The position numbers and the translations under genes are program-made. A DNA stretch of 64,000 nt from an uncultured archaeon (GTDB lineage Archaea; Thermoproteota; Bathyarchaeia; Bathyarchaeales; Bathycorpusculaceae): the NCBI GenBank assembly GCA_963810275.1, contig CAWENF010000020.1, positions 32,001 through 96,000 of the forward strand, written 5' to 3'. This document shows positions 10,400 to 20,016 of this stretch, piece after piece. The notes under the pieces were generated by a model. It was not told where the DNA came from. It saw nothing but the letters and a program-made list of their open reading frames with translations, and searched no databases. The number at the start of each line of letters is the position of its first letter. Positions within the stretch are counted from its first letter, which is position 1.

Positions 10400-11194
10400 T
10401 TAGGTGTCTTTTTTAGCATATTCTTTTAGCAGTTGCCTAAGAGTCTTGTGACAGCCACTGCACTCAAACATATGTGTGCCACAGCTTGGGCACCGCAGCT
10501 CCTCTTTTTCAAGCCGCTCAAGCAACTCCATCAACTCAAGCTTATTCTGCAAGTCCCCCTCCGACTCAGCAGCCTGAGTAGGCTGCTCCTCGACGGGTTT
10601 AGGAGGTTTTTCTTCTCGCACAATCTCCTGATAAACATGAGAAATACTGGTTTTCCCATCCCGCAACGCCTGCTTCTCATCCTCACTGGCTTTCTCCAAG
10701 ATTTTTTTTCCCCGCTCAAGTGTGCGTGTGGAAACACCGGCTTTTTTAGCCACAACCTCAGCTGCTTTAGCTTTGAGAAGCGGCTCAAGTTCTGACTCAG
10801 CGTCATCTGACGCTAACCCCAACTGTGCTTCGCGACCGTTTTTACCACCTTCTTTTTGCCGTTGCTTTGCAAGAGCTTTTTCGACTTCCAGTAGCGGAAC
10901 CGCCAACTCGACAAGCTGGAAGTTATTAAGATGTCGGCGTCTTAGGTTGGCTTCGATGACGAATTTTTTCTCAAGAAGTTTATCCTCGAACCGTTTAACT
11001 TCAAAATCGGGTTCAATATCCAGTTCGATGCATGCGCGGTAGCGGTGGTGACCATCTAAAACCACAAGGTCCTCGTTTACTATAATGGGGTAGTGTTGCC
11101 CTTCGGTACGTATGGATTCTTTTAGCTGAGCGAATTCTTCATCGGACATGCGAGGTAGGAGGCGGTCATATTCGGGTTTTAGGTTTAGGCTCAT
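10400..11194 (-). CDS. ParB/Srx N-terminal domain protein with HTH-like region and C-terminal Zn finger
   Basis: LKESIRTEG..PIIV...LDGHHRYRA, EANLRRRHL, C-terminal CPSCG..CSGC. Confidence 0.82.
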   Translation of the reverse strand: MSLNLKPEYDRLLPRMSDEEFAQLKESIRTEGQHYPIIVNEDLVVLDGHHRYRACIELDIEPDFEVKRFEDKLLEKKFVIEANLRRRHLNNFQLVELAVPLLEVEKALAKQRQKEGGKNGREAQLGLASDDAESELEPLLKAKAAEVVAKKAGVSTRTLERGKKILEKASEDEKQALRDGKTSISHVYQEIVREEKPPKPVEEQPTQAAESEGDLQNKLELMELLERLEKEELRCPSCGTHMFECSGCHKTLRQLLKEYAKKDT

Positions 11195-11389
11195 TTGGAA
11201 GTCGCTCTTTTCTTTTGTTGTTTTTATTATTTAAGGTGACGGGTTAACCCTCAAAAAAGGGTGTTTTAGCCATGTACTTACTTGTAGGTACCCGCCAATA
11301 CAAGCTACATTCTGTCGTTTGTTTAACACCACAAGTATTATTAGATGGGTCGCCACTAAATTTCTAATTAGTCAAATTAAATCTCATCA

Positions 11390-11409
11390 TTGTAGGTATT
11401 AACCTACAA
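11390..11409. promoter_or_regulatory. perfect 8-bp inverted repeat upstream of dnaG
   Basis: TTGTAGGT-ATTA-ACCTACAA; TTGTAGGTA recurs at 11282-11290; function unknown. Confidence 0.45.
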
Positions 11410-11463
11410 AGTGCGATTAACATCAATCAAAAATAATAAATAATTTACAGGAGAGTCACACTT

Positions 11464-12666
11464 ACGGGAACATCCCAAACCTTTACGATAAAGTACGTTG
11501 TACACGCTAAATTTGATATTGAAGGAGTAGTTGAAAAACCCGACGTCATAGGGGCAGTTTTCGGGCAAACGGAAGGTCTTTTCGGACCCGATTTGGATCT
11601 GCGCGAACTGCAGAAAACTGGACGCATCGGCAGAATCGAAATTGATTTGCATTCTAAAAACGACCGCACACACGGCGCTATCACTATACCCACCAGCCTT
11701 GACCGCGTATCAACAGCACTCATCGCAGCGAGTGTAGAGAGCATAAATCGCGTCGGACCCTGCAGCGCCAGAGTCATTCTCGAACGCATCGAAGACATCC
11801 GCGAAGCCCGCCGAAAAATCATCATCGACCGCGCCAAAGAAATCCTTCATAAATGGAACATCGAATCCATGCCAAGCGTCGATGAAGTCTACAAAGAAAT
11901 CAGTGAAACAATGAAAGTCGGCAAAGTCGAAAAATACGGACCTGAAGACCTCCCTGCAGGTCCTGGCTTAGAAGGCTCCAAAGAAATATTCGTTGTTGAA
12001 GGACGCGCAGACATCATAAACCTCATGCGCTGCGGCATTTTTAACACGGTTGCGTTGGAAGGCGCAAAAGTCCCAGACTCAATCCGCAAAATCACCAAAG
12101 AACGCCTCGCCACGGCACTCTTAGACGGCGACAGAGGCGGCGACCTAATCCAAAAAGAACTCCTCCAAGTCACCAACGTCAAATTCGTCGGCCGCGCACC
12201 ACGAGGCAAAGAAATTGAGGAATGCAATTGTAAAGAAATCCAGGAAGCCATCGATGGCAAACTTTCTGTTGCCGAGCTAAAAGAAGGCGGCGGCAAACCG
12301 CAGCTGGCATCCCCTCCGCAGCCGCCGGCACCCAAAAAGGTGACTGCCCCAGAGCGCCCCAAAATCGAGGTCCCAGACAGCGTCATCCAAGCAGCCAAAG
12401 CACTTGTTGGCACACTCGAAGCGGTGCTGTTAAACGACAAACTTGAACTCATTGAGCGCCTACCAGTAAGTCAGCTTGCAGAGAAACTCCAGCAAATCTC
12501 AGACGTCAACACAGTTGTGTTTGACGGCATCATCACCCAGCGCATTGTAGACATAGCGGGGGAAAAAGCCATAAAACGAATTGTCGCTTCCCGTGTGTCT
12601 GAAGCAGTCAAACCCGCAACAAACGTGGAACTCCTAACTTTCCAAAAAATTATACCCCCCAGTTAG
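11464..12666 (+). CDS. dnaG: archaeal DnaG (TOPRIM primase-like, exosome-associated)
   Basis: In-frame conserved N-terminus KYVVHAKFDIEGVVEKPDVIGAVFGQTEGL lies upstream of the listed TTG (11593); VEGRAD and DGDRGG TOPRIM motifs; ACG start at 11464 inferred. Confidence 0.93.
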   Translation, partial: TGTSQTFTIKYVVHAKFDIEGVVEKPDVIGAVFGQTEGLFGPDLDLRELQKTGRIGRIEIDLHSKNDRTHGAITIPTSLDRVSTALIAASVESINRVGPCSARVILERIEDIREARRKIIIDRAKEILHKWNIESMPSVDEVYKEISETMKVGKVEKYGPEDLPAGPGLEGSKEIFVVEGRADIINLMRCGIFNTVALEGAKVPDSIRKITKERLATALLDGDRGGDLIQKELLQVTNVKFVGRAPRGKEIEECNCKEIQEAIDGKLSVAELKEGGGKPQLASPPQPPAPKKVTAPERPKIEVPDSVIQAAKALVGTLEAVLLNDKLELIERLPVSQLAEKLQQISDVNTVVFDGIITQRIVDIAGEKAIKRIVASRVSEAVKPATNVELLTFQKIIPPS

Positions 12667-15038
12667 AAGTAGTCTGTTAGGCTCTTTTCCTCTGCTTTTT
12701 TTGTTTCTTTTCTATGCAGTTCATTTTGGGATACTTTGAAGAACGAGAGTATCCGTGCTGCGACGGGCAGTATTTGGTTAGTTACATAGTAGTCCACGTC
12801 CACATCAACCAAATCAGCAAAGATATAAGGTCTCACGCGGCTATACAACCTGCCTTTACCTGACAAAATCACGTATCCTACTTTGTCACCTGCTCCCAGC
12901 TGCCAGCCTCGCTCGATTAGCTGCTTTGCCGCTTCAACGTGGGGTGCTTTGATTGCGTACTGTTGCGGCGGCTTAGTCAAAGTTTTCCAAATAATCAAAT
13001 TCGCTATGGACACTTTACGGTTGCGCAAGCTAGTTACAACTTTGTGGACATACTCCATGGCTTTTTCCGGCGATTGCTCCCGCAGGATTATCTCCAAGAC
13101 ATGCTCTTGGACTTGTTTAGCAACCTCAGCCCAATCGCCCCGAATAACCTCTAACCCAACGAAATCCAGGCTGCCGTCCACCCGCAGTCCTGCGTAGCGT
13201 TTTTTGGCTTCAGTAAAGAAGATGCGTTTGTATACTGCACCGACTTCAACGTCCAATTTGAGTTCAGCTTTAATCTTTTCTTGAAGTTTATGGGCTTTGG
13301 CGGGTTCGTATTTTATGAATAAACTGTCGGTGTCACCATAAATCACCTCGACGCCATCGTCTTTTGCCATCTGCGCCGCCGAAAGGATTATGTGGCGTCC
13401 CCAAGCGGAGGCTGCTTCAGCCACGGGCTTGAGGTACCAGCGTGCGCCCACCCAGCCGGCGTAGCCGTAGGCGGCGTTGGTTAGGATTTTTACTGCTTTC
13501 TGCCGTGCATCCAGAACTCGAAACTCCACGCCTCTGTTACTTAGTTGCTTCATTTTGCGTCGAACTTCATCGCGCACCTCGATTAGGTAGCTAAGCGCCT
13601 GTTTGAAGAATCCATCCGGAGCTTTACGAAATTTGTATCCAACTTCGGGCGCAACGTAGACTCCGCCTTCTGGTTCTGGGCTGCCCGGCTGCACATAAGT
13701 GTCGGGGGAAAGGTTGTAGGTTATCATGATGTTTGGGTACATTGATTTGAAGTCCAACACCGCAATATTGTCGTGTAAGCCTGGGGTGGGTGTGAGCACT
13801 AATCCGCCTGTGTATGTCTGGTAGATTTGCTCCATTCGCCGGGGAATCAACTCACCTGTTTTTTGCGCTCGACTAATTAGGTACCATTCAACTCGGAAGC
13901 CAAAAGCTGCAGTCATAACGTGGTCCAATGGCAGACTGGTCAGCACAGAGAGTTGCATCGCCAAATCCATAAGCAGCCACGCAACCGCAAGGGTTTCCCG
14001 TGCCGAATCCAACCCGAACTCAAGCAACTCAGGGCGTTTTTCAGGGTTATCCCACCAATCCGCAAAATGCAAGTCCTCGACAGGCGGGTTTTTCGCACTT
14101 ACTTCAAGGTAGGCGGCGAGATTTGGGAGAGTTTTGACTTTGACTTCGGGAAACAAGTCAGCGAAATCAGCTAAGTCCAAGTTTGTGATTCCTGTTGTGG
14201 AGATATGTCCGTAGACGCTGGTGTGAGGCTCCGAAGCATTGCGGTCAAAGTCGAGTTTGAGTTTGTGGATGTGGCAACGCTTTTTAAGGTAATTCCAGTC
14301 TGACGTATTGGCGCCGTAGGCAACGATGACATCGGGGTCGTACTCTTTAATGTAAATGGTAAAGGCTTCAAGCAGCTCCCTGTCGTTTCCGTAGTCGCCG
14401 AGCATGAACTGTTTTTCTTCCCCGCTGTCCGTTACTGTAGAGATAACCATGACGGGATTTCGGTCTGGTTGGGGGGTGCCTTCGTGGCTGTAACCCATCA
14501 AATGAAACGTCAGCACTCGAAGCGGCGGCGCAACCTCTTCCTCAACTGTGCGTTTCGGCGGCGACTCTGCACTGTACATTCCATCCACCCGCGCCGCTCC
14601 AGCGTCGACTACCTCTGCGGCTTCGATTGCTACCCAGCTGCAAGGGGCTATGCCGTTGTCGATGAGGTACCGCATAGAGGGGCGAATGTCGTCTTCGAGA
14701 CAGTCGTCCACGCCATCTATTTTTCGGATGAGTTTAGCCAGTTTAGATGCTGCTTGGGGGTCTTTGACGGTTATTTTTATGGCTGAGACGGGTTTACCGA
14801 AGAATCTACGAGAAACAGTCTCCGTCGACGCAACCAAATCATAATGCCCAGAGAGGATTTCTTGGGCGACTTTGTTTGGGTCTGCACCTCCATGAAGTAC
14901 CGCATAGAAGTATGCGGTAAAGCCTCGGTCCACAATAAGCACTCGGCTACCTGAGTGAGTTATACCCCAGAGTTGTAGCTCAAAAGCGCCATCGTCTGCT
15001 TTGTGGTTGACGTCAAGGAGCCAAAAAACAAGATTCAC
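12663..15038 (-). CDS. polB: family B DNA polymerase (PolB3-like) with degenerate 3'-5' exonuclease
   Basis: DFKSMYP, KILTNAAYGY, YGDTDS, KKRY; PIP-like KSLTDYF; exonuclease motifs altered. Confidence 0.93.
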   Translation of the reverse strand: MNLVFWLLDVNHKADDGAFELQLWGITHSGSRVLIVDRGFTAYFYAVLHGGADPNKVAQEILSGHYDLVASTETVSRRFFGKPVSAIKITVKDPQAASKLAKLIRKIDGVDDCLEDDIRPSMRYLIDNGIAPCSWVAIEAAEVVDAGAARVDGMYSAESPPKRTVEEEVAPPLRVLTFHLMGYSHEGTPQPDRNPVMVISTVTDSGEEKQFMLGDYGNDRELLEAFTIYIKEYDPDVIVAYGANTSDWNYLKKRCHIHKLKLDFDRNASEPHTSVYGHISTTGITNLDLADFADLFPEVKVKTLPNLAAYLEVSAKNPPVEDLHFADWWDNPEKRPELLEFGLDSARETLAVAWLLMDLAMQLSVLTSLPLDHVMTAAFGFRVEWYLISRAQKTGELIPRRMEQIYQTYTGGLVLTPTPGLHDNIAVLDFKSMYPNIMITYNLSPDTYVQPGSPEPEGGVYVAPEVGYKFRKAPDGFFKQALSYLIEVRDEVRRKMKQLSNRGVEFRVLDARQKAVKILTNAAYGYAGWVGARWYLKPVAEAASAWGRHIILSAAQMAKDDGVEVIYGDTDSLFIKYEPAKAHKLQEKIKAELKLDVEVGAVYKRIFFTEAKKRYAGLRVDGSLDFVGLEVIRGDWAEVAKQVQEHVLEIILREQSPEKAMEYVHKVVTSLRNRKVSIANLIIWKTLTKPPQQYAIKAPHVEAAKQLIERGWQLGAGDKVGYVILSGKGRLYSRVRPYIFADLVDVDVDYYVTNQILPVAARILSFFKVSQNELHRKETKKAEEKSLTDYF

Positions 15039-15270
15039 AGCTCATACCATTTAATCAATGGGCAGAGGTGACTTTTAACCTTTAATTGGATGTCAGCGGG
15101 TGAGTTACATTTTTTTATTTTGCACCGGCAAGCAGCCCGCAAAACCCAGCCAGACGCCAAAATAAAATTGTCGGTTATTCTCGAGTTATAGGAATATAAT
15201 AGAGGAGGATTCTTGTCTTCTTAAACTAAAAAAATAAAAATGGGTTGGAGAACAACAGTTATCTGATTGC

Positions 15271-17310
15271 CTAAATGAGAGGTACCTCGGCTATTTGCGA
15301 CAGGCCGCTTAAGCTATTTAGTTTTACTTCGCCTGCCGAAACAGTGTAAAGCACATTGCCGATGTATAACGATCGAGTTACCCAGTTGTTTATTGTCGAG
15401 TAGTAGTCTTCGGTGTTCTTCAAGTTGCCGTCGCTACCAAGCAATGCGGGGTCAAGGTGGCTAATTCTGTCCTGTAAAGTGAATCCACCATCAACGCTCA
15501 AGCTGTAAACATATACCCCCTGCCAAACTGTCTGCCCATAAGCTGATGCACCGTACTGTCGGCTTTGCTCAGGCACTAACGCCAAGCTCAAGGGCACCAC
15601 CAGTAGGTTTCTTGATTTGTCAAAAAGAAACGCATGCGGATCAGTGAGCGCCAAGGAATCGGAACCGCGGTCGCCGATAGTCACGTTAGCAAGCTGTATG
15701 GGGTTGCTCACGTCTCCCACGTCAAATAGTGACAGCTTCAAACCCTGATACCACGCAAAGTCGCCTTCTTCAGCCTCTAAGGCCTCTTTGCCCAAGCCGA
15801 TTAGGTGGGTTTCGTCGTATGGATGCAGATAGTCGGAGTAACCGGGGATTTTAAGTTCGCCAAGCACGGTGGGGTTTCTGGGTTGGCTAAGGTCAATTAC
15901 GAATAACGGGTCAGTTTTCTGATAGGTGACGAGGTAGCATTTGTCTCCCATGAACCGTACCGCGTGGAGGTTCTCGTTTTGCGCCAACCCTTCCAGTTTA
16001 CCCACAACAGAGAGGTCCAAGTTAAGAGCATAAACGTTGTTAACTTGTCCCCCTTCAATGCTGTACCAGTTGGTAGCCACCCGGAGGACACCGTTGTACT
16101 CGTCCATTGAGTATTGGTTTATGGTGTTGCCGGGCACGCTGCCTTCCGCTTCAAAAAGCAGCTGTAAACCATCAATGGCTACACGGTAAATCGAAGTGTA
16201 GGAGCCACTATCTGGTTCCCAGTTTGGGTAAGTAATATACATGTTGTCAGCGGAAACGTACATTGTGGATGCACCTCCCATCATTACTGTCATGTTAGTC
16301 GCTGCAACATTGTCGTTTGCCAGATCTAACCCGTAGAAACTTGTGAAGCTAAAGCTGCTGTCGTTCATATCAGCGTAATAGATGCTGCTGGGCGCCGCGG
16401 AATAGCTGTTTTTGTTTTCGTAAACTGTGGGCAGCGAAACCACGCCGTTGTACACCCAAGCAGTTTGGCTTACAACAGCATATATGTCGTCTCCGATCAT
16501 GCGACTGTTGAAGTAGCTACCCGATGCAGTAAAGTTACGAGTTAAAACAGGGGCTATCTTATCTGACACATCGTAAATGTTGATATACGTGTAGACGTCG
16601 GCTTGGTAGTAAGGCATAATCAAAGGGTCCTCCCCGCCCATCAAGCTAGCGCCGTTATTGGCGAATTGATATTTGGATGCAATTACCGCGAGTTTGTTGC
16701 CGTCGCTGCTAAGGTATAATCCTGCGGGCTGCGTGTCGTTACCCATCTCAATCTTTGAAACAACATGAGCATTCTGGGGGTCAGCGTCTACTATGTATAC
16801 GACATTTAGGTTTTGGGCTTGTGAAGTGGAGTAGTAAAAGATGCTGTTTGGGACTGTGTTGGAGATGGTGTATAGGTAGTGACCGTCGGTTTTTACGGTG
16901 TCGGCTTCGTCAACGCCGGCAACTTGAATGTTGGTACCTGAATAATCCGAAGCATCACTTTGCTGGGAAGTATAGCTACTAGTTTCACCTAAACCAAGGA
17001 AGCCTTCAATCCCTGAAGTCACCTGTGCAGGAACAGGGGCAGGTCCGCTGCCAAAAAACTTGCTATCCAGTGGTCCCCTGCTTGCGCCGTAACCCTGCTG
17101 GTTAGCGGTGAGGTAATCTATGATTTGCTGGTTAGACGAAAAAGTTTTCATCCCCCCAACTGTAGGAGATTGAGAAGGCGGAAAAACCGTGGGGACTGCA
17201 CCAAAAACGTAAATCACACTTACAAGCATAACGGCACTTAGTACCGCTGCAATTGCATACTTGCCTGTTTTGTTTTTAACTTCACGTTGAACCATACACC
17301 TTTTCTCCAA
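15271..17310 (-). CDS. secreted/membrane-anchored beta-propeller domain protein
   Basis: N-terminal TM; YSGTNIQVAGVDEADTVKTDG, DPLFVIDLS, GELKIPGYSDYLHP, GLKLSLFDV; start may be 17295. Confidence 0.85.
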   Translation of the reverse strand: MEKRCMVQREVKNKTGKYAIAAVLSAVMLVSVIYVFGAVPTVFPPSQSPTVGGMKTFSSNQQIIDYLTANQQGYGASRGPLDSKFFGSGPAPVPAQVTSGIEGFLGLGETSSYTSQQSDASDYSGTNIQVAGVDEADTVKTDGHYLYTISNTVPNSIFYYSTSQAQNLNVVYIVDADPQNAHVVSKIEMGNDTQPAGLYLSSDGNKLAVIASKYQFANNGASLMGGEDPLIMPYYQADVYTYINIYDVSDKIAPVLTRNFTASGSYFNSRMIGDDIYAVVSQTAWVYNGVVSLPTVYENKNSYSAAPSSIYYADMNDSSFSFTSFYGLDLANDNVAATNMTVMMGGASTMYVSADNMYITYPNWEPDSGSYTSIYRVAIDGLQLLFEAEGSVPGNTINQYSMDEYNGVLRVATNWYSIEGGQVNNVYALNLDLSVVGKLEGLAQNENLHAVRFMGDKCYLVTYQKTDPLFVIDLSQPRNPTVLGELKIPGYSDYLHPYDETHLIGLGKEALEAEEGDFAWYQGLKLSLFDVGDVSNPIQLANVTIGDRGSDSLALTDPHAFLFDKSRNLLVVPLSLALVPEQSRQYGASAYGQTVWQGVYVYSLSVDGGFTLQDRISHLDPALLGSDGNLKNTEDYYSTINNWVTRSLYIGNVLYTVSAGEVKLNSLSGLSQIAEVPLI

Positions 17311-17369
17311 TCTACCTAATGCACACTTTTTTATTTGATGCTAAGCCCACGAACACATTGTTCTACTTT

Positions 17370-17816
17370 TTAGAATGGCCTCATACCCCAAATACGGTAA
17401 GCCTCATACCAGAAAACCGCGCATACGATACCACCAAACAAGATTATGAAAAGATTATCTCGAGTAAAACTGTGAACCATAATCGCCAAGTATAACCCGT
17501 AAAATACCGACGAGAACAACGCGTAGAAGAAGAACCGGGGGAAAAGCAACTTACCCAGCTTTACGTAATGTCTAAGCACGCCGATTTTCACTTCCCCAAC
17601 CAACGCATAATGCCCACCTACCTCTTGCTTCTCTACCAAACCTAACTCACGAAGCTGCTCAAGATGGTGAAAAGCTATGCTTGGACTGCTAAAGTGCAGG
17701 GAACGTTGGACTTCTCTGACGCCGACGGGATTGCCGTTTTTGAGTAGGAACCAGTACACTTTCCAAGCCTTGCCGCGCAAAGCGTATTCTAAGTCTGTTT
17801 CGCTGTTTGGGGTCAA
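17370..17816 (-). CDS. winged-HTH protein with two C-terminal TM helices
   Basis: GVREVQRSLHFSSPSIAFHHLEQLRELGLV then two hydrophobic segments. Confidence 0.75.
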   Translation of the reverse strand: MTPNSETDLEYALRGKAWKVYWFLLKNGNPVGVREVQRSLHFSSPSIAFHHLEQLRELGLVEKQEVGGHYALVGEVKIGVLRHYVKLGKLLFPRFFFYALFSSVFYGLYLAIMVHSFTRDNLFIILFGGIVCAVFWYEAYRIWGMRPF

Positions 17817-17910
17817 CGGATGGGGCTCTCCGTATCAATATCAGGTCATGGAACATATAAGTCCAGTCATTAGAACAGCCGTCAGTCAAACGGAGAACAA
17901 AAAAGGCTGG

Positions 17911-18042
17911 CTAGTGTCCGCTGTGAGTAAACAGAATCTTCATCCCACATTTTGGGCATTGATGGTAAATCAGTCTGCCCTCTTTGTCATACACAGGTTT
18001 CATATCCTCGTAGCAATCAGGGCATAATCGAGGCTCATTCAT
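17911..18042 (-). CDS. 43-aa zinc-finger microprotein (not in ORF track)
   Basis: Manual translation MNEPRLCPDCYEDMKPVYDKEGRLIYHQCPKCGMKILFTHSGH; CPDC and CPKCG. Confidence 0.6.
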   Translation of the reverse strand: MNEPRLCPDCYEDMKPVYDKEGRLIYHQCPKCGMKILFTHSGH

Positions 18043-18255
18043 AGTTAATCACAAAAACATACTATTGCGCTCCAAATAACCATTACGAAAACCCACAGTT
18101 TAAAGGACATCTATATGCCACAGTCTCTATAAGTTAAATCGATTTAGAGTCATCAGGTAACATATTTCTTTTTTGCGAGGTTTACTTTTGCAAGCGATTT
18201 TTAACTAAAAAAACGTAGATTAACTCTAAAAAATGTTTAATTTTTACAGGCAACC

Positions 18256-18720
18256 TTGCTTTTACTTTCCAGTCTCACCATGGTTTTGAATCAAAACTGC
18301 GTTAAAGCCGACAATGTACTGTTTTTTCCGATAATTTCTTCAAATCAGGCAACATCAACGTATGGCAAACCAAATCTCCTAGTTCATGCGTCACAGCCTC
18401 AGTCAGTCCAAAACTGTCTACAATGGCGCCTACGCATTTAAGGTGGCAACGGCTAAAGGTGCAGGCAAAAGCAAAATATGCCTCTAAAAAGACTTGGGTA
18501 CAGTCTACAGTTCCCTCAACGCAATAATCTACATCAAACTAAGCGCTCAACCGAAAGTAGACGATAATTTAGAAGTTTTAGGGTTCACCGCGGAGGATGG
18601 CTGACAAAACGCTCGCTTAATCTCCCCGACTACAGCGCCCAGGTCAAACAAGTTATAGTTTGGATGGTGAACTTGGTTTGACAGGGTTAAGCTGGGTTTG
18701 GATTGATTCAAGTTTCATGG
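18256..18720 (+). pseudogene. decayed secreted-protein gene remnant
   Basis: Signal-peptide-like start, then across frames ADNVLF/SDNF..SGNINVW..NGAYAFKVAT with shifts and stops; end approximate. Confidence 0.4.
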
Positions 18721-18813
18721 CTGCGTCGACGGTGCCTTGCTGGCTCTATTCGAGAAAACCGCTGTTAAGATTTAAGCAAGGTTAAATTCGATAAAAAGAA
18801 GAAAGAAAAGGTT

Positions 18814-19461
18814 TTAAGTTTGGGTTTTGTCTGCTGCTCCTGGCATTCCGGGGGGAAGGTCAGGGAAGTTAGCGCTTACGCGTTGTTCTGCGACTGTGGC
18901 TGCTTCAGCAAGGATTTTTGATGCATCTTCGTTTACATTGTCAAAGTTTAGTGACATGCCACTGCTCGCGCCTGCTTCAAACATCAGTCCACTTAACATG
19001 TTGCCGATGTCCCCTAGTTCACCTTCTGCTTCAGGCATAACACCGCCTAACCCTGAGCTTATACTTCGCAGTACACCGATGCATGGACCCAAAGTTGTGA
19101 CGATATCACCCAGTTCAGAGACTGTTTTAATTCTAAGTGCAACTTGGTCAAGAGCTAGGCGTGCATTCATAATCAGTTTGTTCATTTTGCGGATTTCTGA
19201 AAGTTCAGTAGCGTATATGTTTGCTCGGGCTTGGTCATGATGTGTGTAAGTATCAACTAGTTTAGCAAAAAGAGCTTTGTCTTTTTGGGTGAAGCGTTCA
19301 CTAGCTTGGTCTAGTCTGCTGATTTGGAAGTCCAGTTTACGGGTGGCTGCTTCCAATTGGGGCTTTAGCGGCACTGGTGCCTGAATCGCGCTTTTAACAC
19401 TTGCGATGAAGGAGTCACCTTCTTTTTTTGGTTCCCATTTCTTTGCAAAACGTTCTGACAT
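18814..19461 (-). CDS. cdvB: CdvB-like Snf7/ESCRT-III family protein
   Basis: ARANIYATELSEIRK, LDQVALRIKTVSELGD, EDASKILAEA, C-terminal FPDLP; no C-terminal winged-helix extension, so a short paralog. Confidence 0.85.
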   Translation of the reverse strand: MSERFAKKWEPKKEGDSFIASVKSAIQAPVPLKPQLEAATRKLDFQISRLDQASERFTQKDKALFAKLVDTYTHHDQARANIYATELSEIRKMNKLIMNARLALDQVALRIKTVSELGDIVTTLGPCIGVLRSISSGLGGVMPEAEGELGDIGNMLSGLMFEAGASSGMSLNFDNVNEDASKILAEAATVAEQRVSANFPDLPPGMPGAADKTQT

Positions 19462-19608
19462 AGTGTTAACATCCTAATATGGAACCGTTACATAGAGGAC
19501 GCTTTTAATTGTATCTAACATGTAGATATACATGTAGAATAAGCTGTTTTTAGTTGGAATACGAAACTTGCCCTAACTCGCTGTTTACACGTTTTGGGGA
19601 TAAATGAA

Positions 19609-20016
19609 TTAGTGGGGTATTTCGCTGCTTTCCTCGCGGTTCCTAAGTTTTTCCTCAAGCAAAACCAGCAATTCCTGAGGCTTAACAGGCTTAACAAGGT
19701 ATGCATCGGCACCTTCATCAAGCGCCTTAACGCCTGTTTCTAGCGATGGAAACCCAGTAATCATAATCTTCACGGTGTGTTGAAGTTGCTTTTTGAGTTT
19801 AGCAAGTAAATCTGTGCCGTCCATGTCAGGCAACCTGATGTCCACTAGTGCTAAATCGTAATGACTGGTACCCGCTTTATCTATGGCTTCTTTTCCTGTT
19901 TCGGCAGTTTCAATTTCGTAGCCGCTTTTCTGTAGAATACGTGTGAATGTACGAAGAATTGATTTATCATCATCGACAACGAGGATCGTTTTTTTGGTTA
20001 TTTCCATTTCAAACAT
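19609..20016 (-). CDS. stand-alone response regulator receiver protein
   Basis: ILVVDDD, LVDIRLPDMDG, ITG, YLVKP. Confidence 0.92.
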   Translation of the reverse strand: MFEMEITKKTILVVDDDKSILRTFTRILQKSGYEIETAETGKEAIDKAGTSHYDLALVDIRLPDMDGTDLLAKLKKQLQHTVKIMITGFPSLETGVKALDEGADAYLVKPVKPQELLVLLEEKLRNREESSEIPH

